The position numbers and the translations under genes were made by a program. Positions 28,508 through 36,849 of a stretch of DNA of 64,000 nt are shown one piece after another. How positions within the stretch are numbered: the stretch's first letter is position 1; every line of letters begins with the position of its first letter. The notes beneath the pieces are model-generated. The model saw only the letters and a list, made by a program, of their open reading frames with translations, was not told the DNA's origin and ran no database searches. Origin of the DNA: an uncultured Actinomycetes bacterium (GTDB lineage Bacteria; Actinomycetota; Thermoleophilia; Solirubrobacterales; 70-9); assembly GCA_963793785.1 (NCBI GenBank), contig CAWCBH010000005.1:8081-72080 (forward strand). Direction: 5' to 3'.

Positions 28508-29716
28508 TCAGTTCTGCCAGTCGCCGCGGATCTCGCGCAGGATCTCGAAGCGCTTCTCCGCCTTTGCGGACAGATAGTCCTCGAGGCTGTCGACCATCCT
28601 GCGGGCCATCGCGAAGGTGCTGTCCATGGTCACGTACTTGTAGAGCCCGAGACGCCCAAGCGGGAGAACGCCGGGGATCTCACTCGCAGCCCGCAGGTAG
28701 CGGTAGAAGCGCTCGTCCTCCCACCAGACCGGGTACATCGAGACCGAGTCGTCGACGATCTCTTTCAAGGTCACGCTGGGGCCCGACGGCCGGCTGCCGT
28801 TGTGGATGACGCCGAAGTCGGTGGTTCGGCAGACCGCGGTCTCCTCCCAGGGTGTGTAGAGCCAGGCGAACGGCACCCCGTCGGGCGCCCGGCCGAGCTC
28901 GGTGTCACCGACCTCGACCTCGACTCGGTAGCCGCGCCATTCGAGCGCTCCGAACCGCCGGCCCAGGAGTGCGTCGATCGGAGCCGTGGCGACGACGACG
29001 TCGGCGGCCAGTGTCTCCCCATCGGCCAGCACCCGAGCATTGCCCGACTCGGAGTCGATCGCGTCGACCCGTGTGCCGGTGCGAAGGTCAAACCCTGCGA
29101 GCATCTTCTCGAACAGCCCGTTGAAGCCGCCGGCCGGGTAGTAGTGCGGCGCCAGGCTGGGAAGGCGAAAGTCGCCCACCTCAGCGATCCGGTCCAGCCG
29201 CCGCAGCCGTCCCCACTCGGCCGGCATCTCTTCCAGCCGGCGTCCCCAGAACTTGCGGTTGAACCCCTCGAAGGCAAGCTCGGTCAGCGTCGGACCGAGC
29301 GAGGATTCCAGGTACTCGCGCAAGGTCTGTGGTTCTGATTCCGCCGGCGTCGCCGCGGCCTCGGCCACCTCGCGCTTGATCTGCTCGCCGCAGGGCAGCT
29401 TCTGCAGGCTCTGCAGGTCGACCGGGAACGGAATCACCGGGTACTCGGGCCGCAGGCGGGTTCCCTGGTAGACCTGACGCTCGTGAAGGTCGAGGAACTG
29501 GCGCAGAAACGGGAGCGCCTCGGATGCGCCGCGAAACACGCTCACCACCCGGGGCCCGTACTCGTAGGGCAGCCCTTCGGGCGTGTGCAGCGTGCGCAGC
29601 ATTCCCCCGGGCACAGTCGCCTCCTCGAGGACGGTGACCTCAGCGTCGAACCGCTCCCGCAGCATCCAGGCGGCGCAGGCGCCTGCGAACCCGGCGCCGA
29701 CGACGATCGCCCTCAT
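28508..29716 (-). CDS. UDP-galactopyranose mutase-like FAD-dependent enzyme
   Basis: N-terminal MRAIVVGAGFAGACAAWML...VLEEATVPGG dinucleotide fold, YEYGPRVVS, FNRKFWGRRLEEMP and C-terminal LGRLGLYKYVTMD. These parallel the UGM motifs YGPHIFHT, Y..KQWG and GRLAEYKY.NMD. Confidence 0.6.
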   Translation of the reverse strand: MRAIVVGAGFAGACAAWMLRERFDAEVTVLEEATVPGGMLRTLHTPEGLPYEYGPRVVSVFRGASEALPFLRQFLDLHERQVYQGTRLRPEYPVIPFPVDLQSLQKLPCGEQIKREVAEAAATPAESEPQTLREYLESSLGPTLTELAFEGFNRKFWGRRLEEMPAEWGRLRRLDRIAEVGDFRLPSLAPHYYPAGGFNGLFEKMLAGFDLRTGTRVDAIDSESGNARVLADGETLAADVVVATAPIDALLGRRFGALEWRGYRVEVEVGDTELGRAPDGVPFAWLYTPWEETAVCRTTDFGVIHNGSRPSGPSVTLKEIVDDSVSMYPVWWEDERFYRYLRAASEIPGVLPLGRLGLYKYVTMDSTFAMARRMVDSLEDYLSAKAEKRFEILREIRGDWQN

Positions 29717-29760
29717 CGGCGGGTCCTCGCTCCCTCGGCGTGCCCGAAGCCGGGGCCGAG

Positions 29761-31095
29761 ATGAGGATCCTGCTCGCCGGGGCGCTGTCCTGGAATCCCG
29801 AGCGGATCAGGAGCCTCTACGAGCGAGGGCATCAGCTGTGGGGCCTTTGGTCGCGCAGCATGGCCTGGGATCAGGCCCCCTACCCGGGGATCGAGGACTG
29901 CATCCGCGAGGTGACTCTGGCGGACGCCGCGAGCACGATCCGCGAGCAGCGGATCGGCTGCGTGTTGTCGCTGTTTCAGGTCTACGAGCCGAAGCTCTGG
30001 GGCCCACCCGCTGCCGGTGTCGAGGACGACGTCTGGACGCTGCTCCGCGCCCTCCTGATCGAGCGCGACCGGGGAGGCTTCGACGTCCCGATCGTCCGCC
30101 ATTGGGGGTTCGACGTGCATGTGGTCGATACTGACGTCGTCGGCGCCCTCGACGGCCACATCTTCTGCAACCGGGAGCAGCTCGAATCCGTTTCGGCGCC
30201 GATCGCGGCCGGGGGCTACGGTCTCGAGCTGGACCGCAGCGGAGAGCCCCTTGCCTTTCTCGACAGCGACCGCCCCAAGCTCGAGTTCATGAACGATCGC
30301 TTTGGGCCGCCGCTCTCGGAGCGCGACGGTGAGATCCACACCGTCTGCGTCGGCAGGCCGATCAACATCGACTTTCTCGCCGCGGCTCGTCAGCGGATCC
30401 ACGTTCACGTGTATGGCAACGGGGTCGACGACACCTACCCGATGATCGCCAAGGTGCTGTCGCCACGGCAGGTTCGGCGCGCTGGTCAGCTGCTCGATCG
30501 CTACCTGCATGTTCATGAGCCGCTCCAGAACCAGGCTGAGAGCTGGTCCGAGCTGCGGCGAACGAAGGCCCGCTGGGTCGAGGAGTTTTCCCGCTATGAC
30601 GCCGGCTGGTCCTACATCGGCCAGCCGCTGCGCTGGACGCCGCTCCAGGATCGCGCCGCGATCCCGAACCGGATCGGCACCTACCTGCTGAGCGGATTGC
30701 CGGTGATCACCGATCGGCGTCCCGGGGCGTTTCGCTACGAGGAGTTGAGACGGCTCGGTGTCGAGCTCGTGCTGGCGGGCTCGGACTACGGCGCTCTTCG
30801 GGGGCAGCTGGTCCACGAAGTGAATACCCGGGAGAAGCGGGCGATCGCCCGGGCGCGGCGTTTCGAGTACTCGTTCGACGCCACCATCGATCCCCTGCTC
30901 GGGGCGCTCGAAGGGGTCCGGGCAAGCTACTTCTCCAGTCCGGCCGCCGAACGCACCCGCTTCCGGGACCGGGGCCGCAGGGCGGTGCTCCGCCTGCATC
31001 CGCGGCCGCGCCCCCGGGGCCTGTCGGACTGGAGGTCGCGGCGCGCCGGGCGGCTCCTGCAGGCGCGGGCCGGGGGCGCCGGAGGCGGCCAATGA
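29761..31095 (+). CDS. hypothetical protein (possibly glycosyltransferase-like, no family recognised)
   Basis: High GC3 throughout. ATG 29761 (MRILLAGALSWNPERI) resembles the start of a Rossmann-like beta strand. Its 3' end overlaps the next gene as ATGA. Confidence 0.55.
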   Translation: MRILLAGALSWNPERIRSLYERGHQLWGLWSRSMAWDQAPYPGIEDCIREVTLADAASTIREQRIGCVLSLFQVYEPKLWGPPAAGVEDDVWTLLRALLIERDRGGFDVPIVRHWGFDVHVVDTDVVGALDGHIFCNREQLESVSAPIAAGGYGLELDRSGEPLAFLDSDRPKLEFMNDRFGPPLSERDGEIHTVCVGRPINIDFLAAARQRIHVHVYGNGVDDTYPMIAKVLSPRQVRRAGQLLDRYLHVHEPLQNQAESWSELRRTKARWVEEFSRYDAGWSYIGQPLRWTPLQDRAAIPNRIGTYLLSGLPVITDRRPGAFRYEELRRLGVELVLAGSDYGALRGQLVHEVNTREKRAIARARRFEYSFDATIDPLLGALEGVRASYFSSPAAERTRFRDRGRRAVLRLHPRPRPRGLSDWRSRRAGRLLQARAGGAGGGQ

Positions 31096-32303
31096 GGGTC
31101 GCAGCACTGGAGCGCTTCGCCGACCCTGCCCGCCGCTGCGACCCGGAGCGGATCGCTCGCGACGGGGACGAGCTCGAAATCTGGGAGCTGCCGGGGATCG
31201 AACGAGACCTGCGCAGCGTCCTTCGCCTGCTCCCGAGCGCGATCGGCGACTGGCTCGACACCTCGATCCCGATCGGCGAGCGATTGTCGCTGTTGCGGGC
31301 CTGTCTGGCCAGCCGCGGGGCGGGCCCCGGAGCGCTGGCGCGGGCCCCGAGCCTGTGGCGGGGGGTTCGAGGGGGTGAGATCGATCGCCTTGCCTGCTTC
31401 TCGGCCAAGGGGTTCGCGCTTGCGGAGCTGCTCTCGGAGGTGATCCCCTGCGAGGAGCAGATCTCCCGGGGGACCAAGTACTTCGGCGAGTTCGGGTTCG
31501 AGCTCTATGCGGTCATTCCCTACGCCTACTGGCTGCACGCTCGCGGGGAATTGGAGTTCACCGTCTCCACTGCAGACACCGGTTGCCTCTACTACTTCTC
31601 CGAGGACCACCGCGAGCTTCCCCTCGCCCGGCGTTTCGCGCCGATCACCGACTTTCCGATCGGGCGCCCCGGGGCGCTCCGCTACGACCACGTCGGCTTT
31701 CCCGCCGACCCGGACATGAGTCGGTGGCAGCCGCCTCCTTACAAGCAGCATTACGCCAGCGACCGTTTCGATTTCGGCAAGGAGCTTTGCGTCGTCGCCA
31801 ACAAGCAGAGCGACGATGGCTTCCTGCGACGGGAGGTCCCGGTCAACTCGATCGACACCGAGCTGCTGCTGGCGCTGATTCGCGAGCTGCGGCGCGCCTA
31901 CCAGGTGGTCTACTGCCGCCCGCGCGGGATCGACATCGTCAACGACCATCAGCCGATCCTCGACTCGGGCGACATCGAGGCGGTCAAGCGCGCCTACCCC
32001 GAGGTGCTGACGATCCAGGATCTTCAGGTGGACAATCCCGACCTCAGCTTCAACGAGCTTCAGCTGCGCCTGTTCGCCGGTTGCGAGCGCTTCGTCTCGG
32101 TGGTCGGTGGCAGCGCCTTCCTCTGCAGCTACTTCGGCGGCACCAACGTCGTCTATGCCCGCCGCGGCTGGGAGGTGGATAGCGGCGCCTACGAGAACTG
32201 GTTCAGCAGCTTCTCCGGCGCCCGGGTCGTCTCGGCGGGCTCGCCGAATCAGTTGCTGCAGGGGGTGCGGGGGGAGCTCCTGGGCGCCGAGGCCCGCGCC
32301 TGA
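31092..32303 (+). CDS. hypothetical protein (possibly glycosyltransferase-like, no family recognised)
   Basis: GGAGG lies 6 nt before ATG 31092. High GC3. The C-terminal segment FVSVVGGSAFLCSYFGGTNVVY looks like the nucleotide-sugar-binding strand-loop of GT-B-like enzymes, but this is weak. Confidence 0.55.
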   Translation: MRVAALERFADPARRCDPERIARDGDELEIWELPGIERDLRSVLRLLPSAIGDWLDTSIPIGERLSLLRACLASRGAGPGALARAPSLWRGVRGGEIDRLACFSAKGFALAELLSEVIPCEEQISRGTKYFGEFGFELYAVIPYAYWLHARGELEFTVSTADTGCLYYFSEDHRELPLARRFAPITDFPIGRPGALRYDHVGFPADPDMSRWQPPPYKQHYASDRFDFGKELCVVANKQSDDGFLRREVPVNSIDTELLLALIRELRRAYQVVYCRPRGIDIVNDHQPILDSGDIEAVKRAYPEVLTIQDLQVDNPDLSFNELQLRLFAGCERFVSVVGGSAFLCSYFGGTNVVYARRGWEVDSGAYENWFSSFSGARVVSAGSPNQLLQGVRGELLGAEARA

Positions 32304-32310
32304 CTCCAGG

Positions 32311-33648
32311 TCAGATCGTCGAGTCCTGCTGGAACCAGACGAACTGTCGCTGCACGGTGCGTTTCTTGGTCAGCCGTTTGGTGTAGAAGCGGGCGCAGTC
32401 TCGCTCCGTGCCCGGGATCGCGAACTTGACGACGAACGACTTGACCCCCGTGCGCAGCTTCTCGATCTGCCCCGGGGCCTTCTTGGGCAGGCGGAAGATG
32501 CCTTCGCGCTTGAAGCGGTGCACGACCTCGCCGAGAGCGAGCGACTTGCCGTTCTTGAGCTTCGCTTTGTAGCTCACGGTGACGTCGGCCGGCCGTCGCG
32601 TCTTGTAGCGGACGACCAATCGAGCTACGTCCTTGGAACGGAAGACGAAGACCCGCGCCCGGGCGACCCGGATCCGGCAGGTCGCCGGTGTCCCATCGTC
32701 CTCGTCGCAGGCAGAGCCGATTCCGTCGCCGTCGGCGTCCTCCTGCTCGGGGTTCGGATCGCTGGGGCAGTTGTCCGATGCGTCGGGCACACCGTCTCCG
32801 TCGCGATCGGGATCGGGATCGGGGATGTTGCCCGCCGGGGAGAAGGTTGTGATCAGCGAGCGGGTCGCCACCGCCCCCGGCGCCAGGCTGATGCTCCAGC
32901 TCAGTCCGGCGCCGTTGTCCTGGAGCTCGTCGCACTCGCAGAAGTCGGTGAAATTGAGGCCCGCGGAGATGTCGTCCCAGACCTCGTTGTAGGTGCGTTC
33001 CTCGTAATGGCTGTCAGGGCTCTGCGGCACGAAGCCGAGGATTCGCCCCGCCGGCGTGTTGTTCGCGTTCTCGGAGCAGTAGATGCCCCCACCGGTCGTG
33101 TCATAGAAGCCGTAGCCGCTATCGGTGTTCTGCAGATAGCAGTCGCCGGCGTGGTAGAGGACCCCGCTGCGGGCCCCGTTGGAGGTGTTGGAGATCGTGA
33201 TCCGTGTTCGGTAGAACTGCTTGCCGGTGACGTAAGTGTCGGTCTGGGTGATCCGAAGGCCGGTCGTGCCGAGGCGAACCACTGTCACCACCCGGAACGG
33301 ATTCGCATCGGTGCCGGCGCCGGTCGGTCCGGTCTGGCTGACCGCGACATAGCCGCCGGGGCTGTTGCCGGCCGGGACCGTGGCCGGGCCGAACTCGGCG
33401 CCGCCGGAGAGCTTGAAGAAGGTTCCGCAGGCACCGGGGTCGGACTGCGTGGCGGGGAAGAAGGAGAAGTCCGCGTCACCGGCGTACTTGACCTGGCAGG
33501 CGAGGTCGTCGTTGAGGAAGACCTGCTCGATCGGGCCCGACGAGTTGATCACCTTCTGCGCCGCTCCCGCCTGCGGCGACGCCAGCGCCAGGCCGGCCAC
33601 GGCGAACAAGATCACCGTCGACCAGAGGCGATGTGTCGCCGCCGTCAT
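32311..33648 (-). CDS. secreted protein with thrombospondin type-3 (calcium-binding) repeats
   Basis: GGGAGGAA SD before ATG 33648. Signal peptide MTAATHRLWSTVILFAVAGLALASPQAGA. DPDRDGDGVPDASDNCPSDPNPEQEDADGDGIGSACD is a clear DxDxDGxxDxxDNC repeat pair. The C-terminal ~110 aa are Lys/Arg-rich and visibly less GC-rich. Confidence 0.7.
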   Translation of the reverse strand: MTAATHRLWSTVILFAVAGLALASPQAGAAQKVINSSGPIEQVFLNDDLACQVKYAGDADFSFFPATQSDPGACGTFFKLSGGAEFGPATVPAGNSPGGYVAVSQTGPTGAGTDANPFRVVTVVRLGTTGLRITQTDTYVTGKQFYRTRITISNTSNGARSGVLYHAGDCYLQNTDSGYGFYDTTGGGIYCSENANNTPAGRILGFVPQSPDSHYEERTYNEVWDDISAGLNFTDFCECDELQDNGAGLSWSISLAPGAVATRSLITTFSPAGNIPDPDPDRDGDGVPDASDNCPSDPNPEQEDADGDGIGSACDEDDGTPATCRIRVARARVFVFRSKDVARLVVRYKTRRPADVTVSYKAKLKNGKSLALGEVVHRFKREGIFRLPKKAPGQIEKLRTGVKSFVVKFAIPGTERDCARFYTKRLTKKRTVQRQFVWFQQDSTI

Positions 33649-33724
33649 CGGTTCCTCCCTGATGACTCCCAAGACCGACCTCCTCGGTCGCCGCTTCCCC
33701 CTCCGGCGAACCTATCAGCGCAGC

Positions 33725-34582
33725 TCAGCGTCGCGCAACCGATTCCTTCACGCCTCCGCTAAGGCCTCGCCGGCACCTGCGGCTCGCCGAGCCCGTAGGT
33801 CTCGTAGGCGCCGAAGCGGCGAATGTCTTGTGGAAGGTCTTGTGAGTCGGGCCGTGGTAGTCCGAGGACCCGGTCGGGATCAGCTCAAGCTCCTCGCAGA
33901 GCCCCAGCAGGTGCTCAGTCTGCGCGGCGGTGTGGGAGGGATAGAAGGCCTCGATCCCGTCCAGGTCGAGCGCCCGGATCAGCTCCTCGACCTGGGCCGG
34001 ATCCTTGACGTCCCAGTAGGGATGGGCGATGGCGGCGACGCCGCCGGCGTCGTGGATCACCTCGACCGCCTGCTCGGCGGTCGGCCAGCGGCGGGGGACG
34101 AACGCCTTCGCCCCCGGCACCAGGTACTCCTCGAAGAACGGACCGAGGTCGCCGGACGCGCCCGCCGCGCGGGCGATGTGGGGGCGGCCGATCGAGAGCG
34201 CGTCGCCGGACTGCGCGATCGCGTCCTCGATCGTGAGGTCGAACCCCTCGCGGCGCAGGTTCTCGACGATCTCCTCCGCCCGGCTCACCCGCTCGGACTG
34301 GGCCCGCTCGCAGGCCGGCCCGATCGCGTCGACGTCGACCCAGTAGCCGCAGATGTGCAGGTCCTCGGCGTACTCGTGCACGCACGACATCTCCACCGCG
34401 GGCACCAGCTCCAGCCCGTGCGCCTGAGCGGCCTCAGCCGCCTCCCTCACCCCCGCGACGGCGTCGTGGTCGGTCAGCGCCAGGGTCGTCACCCCGGCCT
34501 TGGCCGCCTCGTCGACGACCAGGCCTGGCTCCAGCTGTCCGTCGGAGACGGTCGAATGCGATTGCAGCTCGATCAGCGTCAC
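33725..34582 (-). CDS. PHP-domain metal-dependent phosphoesterase (TrpH/YciV-like); 3' end may be out of frame
   Basis: IELQSHSTVSDG...LALTDHD...VPAVEMS...AIAHP...GSSDYHGP are the PHP metal-ligand motifs. The last ~30 codons have poor GC3, while another frame reads IRRFGAYETYGLGEPQVPARP with near-perfect GC3 and stops at 33759-61. Confidence 0.8.
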   Translation of the reverse strand: MTLIELQSHSTVSDGQLEPGLVVDEAAKAGVTTLALTDHDAVAGVREAAEAAQAHGLELVPAVEMSCVHEYAEDLHICGYWVDVDAIGPACERAQSERVSRAEEIVENLRREGFDLTIEDAIAQSGDALSIGRPHIARAAGASGDLGPFFEEYLVPGAKAFVPRRWPTAEQAVEVIHDAGGVAAIAHPYWDVKDPAQVEELIRALDLDGIEAFYPSHTAAQTEHLLGLCEELELIPTGSSDYHGPTHKTFHKTFAASAPTRPTGSASRRCRRGLSGGVKESVARR

Positions 34583-34626
34583 GGGGCGGGCAGCTTAGAG
34601 CTGGGAGGCACATAGACTGCTCCGCC

Positions 34627-36414
34627 GTGTTCGAGAAAGTGCTGGTAGCCAACCGCGGCGAGATCGCCGTACGGGTGATGCGGACGCTGAAGGAGATGGG
34701 GATCGGCGCCGTCGGCGTCTACTCGGAGGCCGATCGGGACGCACCCCACGTCCGCGAGGCCGACGAGGCCTACATGATCGGCCCCGCCGTCCCAGCCGAG
34801 AGCTACCTGGCGATCGCGAAGATCGTCGAGACCTCACGCCAGGCCGGCGCCGGCGCCGTGCACCCCGGCTACGGGTTCCTGGCCGAGAACGCCGACTTCG
34901 CCCGCGCCTGCGGCGAGGCCGACCTGATCTTCATCGGTCCACCCCCGGAGGCGATCGAGGCGATGGGTTCGAAGACGCGCGCCCGCCAGATCATGTCCGA
35001 GGCCGGAGTTCCGATCGTGCCCGGCGCGACCGAGCCCGCCGACGACCTCGAGCAGGCACGCAAGCAGGCCGAGGACGCCGGCTATCCCGTCGCCTGCAAG
35101 GCGGCCGGCGGCGGCGGCGGCAAGGGCTTTCGCGTCGCCCAGTCGCCAGATGACCTCGAGGAGGCCTTCGAGGGCGCCGCTCGCGAGGGAGAGAAGTTCT
35201 TCTCCGACGCGCGGGTCTACGTGGAGCGATACCTGGAGGACCCTCGCCACGTCGAGGTGCAGGTCCTCGCCGACTCGCAGGGGAACGTGATCCACCTCGG
35301 CGAGCGCGACTGCTCGATTCAGCGGCGCCACCAGAAGCTGATCGAGGAGGCCCCGGCCCCGCACGTCGACGAGGAGATGCGGGAGCGGATCGGCGGCATC
35401 GCAACCGAGGCGGCCCGTGCTGTGGGGTACCGCTCCGCCGGAACGGTCGAGGGCCTGCAGGTCGGCGACGACTACTTCTTCCTGGAGATGAACACCCGCG
35501 TCCAGGTCGAGCACTGCGTGACCGAGATGGTCGCCGGGATCGACATCGTCCGCGAGCAGGTCCTGATCGCCGCCGGCGAGGAGCTGTCGATCACCCAGAA
35601 CGAGGTCGAGTTGCGCGGGCACGCGATCGAGTGCCGCATCAACGCCGAGGCTGCGCACAAGAAGTTCGCTCCCGCGCCTGGCGCGATCGCCTCCTACCGG
35701 GAGCCGGCGGGTCCGGGAGTGCGGGTGGATTCAGGCGTTGAGGCAGGCTCCGAGGTGACGCCGATGTACGACCCGATGGTCGCGAAGCTGATCGTCTGGG
35801 ACGTCGATCGCGAGAAGGCGACCCGCCGCATGATCCGCGCCCTCGGCGAGTACGAGATCGGCGGTCTGACCACCCTGATCCCGTTCCACGCCGCGATCCT
35901 CGACACCGAGCAGTGGGCCCGCGGCGAGACCTGCCGCGACCTGCTCGAAGACCCCAAGTGGCTCAAATCGACGGAGCCCGAAGCATCCAGCGCCCGTCCT
36001 TCCGACCACCCCGGCACGCCCGGAAGCGGAGCTGAGGACGTGCCGGGCCTTATCCGCGACTACAAGGTCGAGGTCGGCGGCAAGCTGTTCGAGGTCAAGG
36101 TGATCGGCGAGGCGGAGCCCGGCGGCAACGCGGCCGGGCCGACCGGCGCGCGTCGCCCGCCTCGGCGGGAGCGCAAGCAGGGCAGCGGGCCCAGTGCCTC
36201 CAGCGAGGCGCTGCCGTCGCCGTTGCAGGGCACGGTCCTCAAGGTCGCGACCGAGCAGGGCTCTCAGATCTCCGAAGGCGACCTTGTCTGCGTGATCGAG
36301 GCGATGAAGATGGAGAACGAGATCACCGCCCACCGCTCTGGCGAGGTGGCCGAGCTGAAGGTCGCCGAAGGCGCTTCGGTCTCCAGCGGCGACGTGATCG
36401 CGGTCATCAAGTAG
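34627..36414 (+). CDS. acyl-CoA (acetyl/propionyl-CoA) carboxylase alpha subunit: biotin carboxylase plus BCCP
   Basis: FEKVLVANRGEIAVRVMRT...HPGYGFLAEN...KAAGGGGGKGFRV...ERDCSIQRRHQKLIEE...EMNTRVQVEHCVTE. The C-terminal biotinylation site is CVIEAMKMENEI. Confidence 0.95.
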   Translation: MFEKVLVANRGEIAVRVMRTLKEMGIGAVGVYSEADRDAPHVREADEAYMIGPAVPAESYLAIAKIVETSRQAGAGAVHPGYGFLAENADFARACGEADLIFIGPPPEAIEAMGSKTRARQIMSEAGVPIVPGATEPADDLEQARKQAEDAGYPVACKAAGGGGGKGFRVAQSPDDLEEAFEGAAREGEKFFSDARVYVERYLEDPRHVEVQVLADSQGNVIHLGERDCSIQRRHQKLIEEAPAPHVDEEMRERIGGIATEAARAVGYRSAGTVEGLQVGDDYFFLEMNTRVQVEHCVTEMVAGIDIVREQVLIAAGEELSITQNEVELRGHAIECRINAEAAHKKFAPAPGAIASYREPAGPGVRVDSGVEAGSEVTPMYDPMVAKLIVWDVDREKATRRMIRALGEYEIGGLTTLIPFHAAILDTEQWARGETCRDLLEDPKWLKSTEPEASSARPSDHPGTPGSGAEDVPGLIRDYKVEVGGKLFEVKVIGEAEPGGNAAGPTGARRPPRRERKQGSGPSASSEALPSPLQGTVLKVATEQGSQISEGDLVCVIEAMKMENEITAHRSGEVAELKVAEGASVSSGDVIAVIK

Positions 36415-36463
36415 CGGGTAAGTACCCTCGCAAGGCCCTTCGCAGTGTGGACCGCTGCGGCTT

Positions 36464-36481
36464 GGACAGACGTATCTGTCC
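36464..36481 (+). terminator. hairpin downstream of the carboxylase alpha gene
   Basis: GGACAGA-cgta-TCTGTCC, a perfect 7-bp stem 50 nt after the stop, followed by the comparatively AT-rich CTAGAATGCTGTTTCC. Confidence 0.3.
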
Positions 36482-36606
36482 CTAGAATGCTGTTTCCGCC
36501 CGCTCTCGCCGGCCCCCGCCGGCCCGTGAGGGAAGGATCCTTAGGATCGGGTTGGAGAACTGAATCGCCGCCGGGGAGGGCGGCAGACGAGAGGAGTTTC
36601 GCGGTA

Positions 36607-36831
36607 ATGAGTGTTCTCGCATATCTCGACCCCGGGAGCGGCAGCATGCTCCTGCAGATGCTGCTCGGCGGCGTCGCAGGGGTTGCGGTCTCGATCAAGA
36701 TGTTCGGCAAGCGGATCTTCAGCGTCCTCGCCTTCTGGAAGCGCGACGAGGAGGAGCCCACCGATGAGCGCCGCCCGCCCGCGTCCAGCCGTCGCGAGCG
36801 GGACGAGGAAGCGGTCAAGGAACCCGTCTAG
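36607..36831 (+). CDS. small membrane protein with N-terminal YLDPGSGS motif
   Basis: 74 aa from ATG 36607: MSVLAYLDPGSGSMLLQMLLGGVAGVAVSIKMF, one TM helix, then a charged tail. The ORF upstream of this ATG is low-complexity. Confidence 0.5.
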   Translation: MSVLAYLDPGSGSMLLQMLLGGVAGVAVSIKMFGKRIFSVLAFWKRDEEEPTDERRPPASSRRERDEEAVKEPV

Positions 36832-36849
36832 GCCCTTTCGGGGCCTGGT

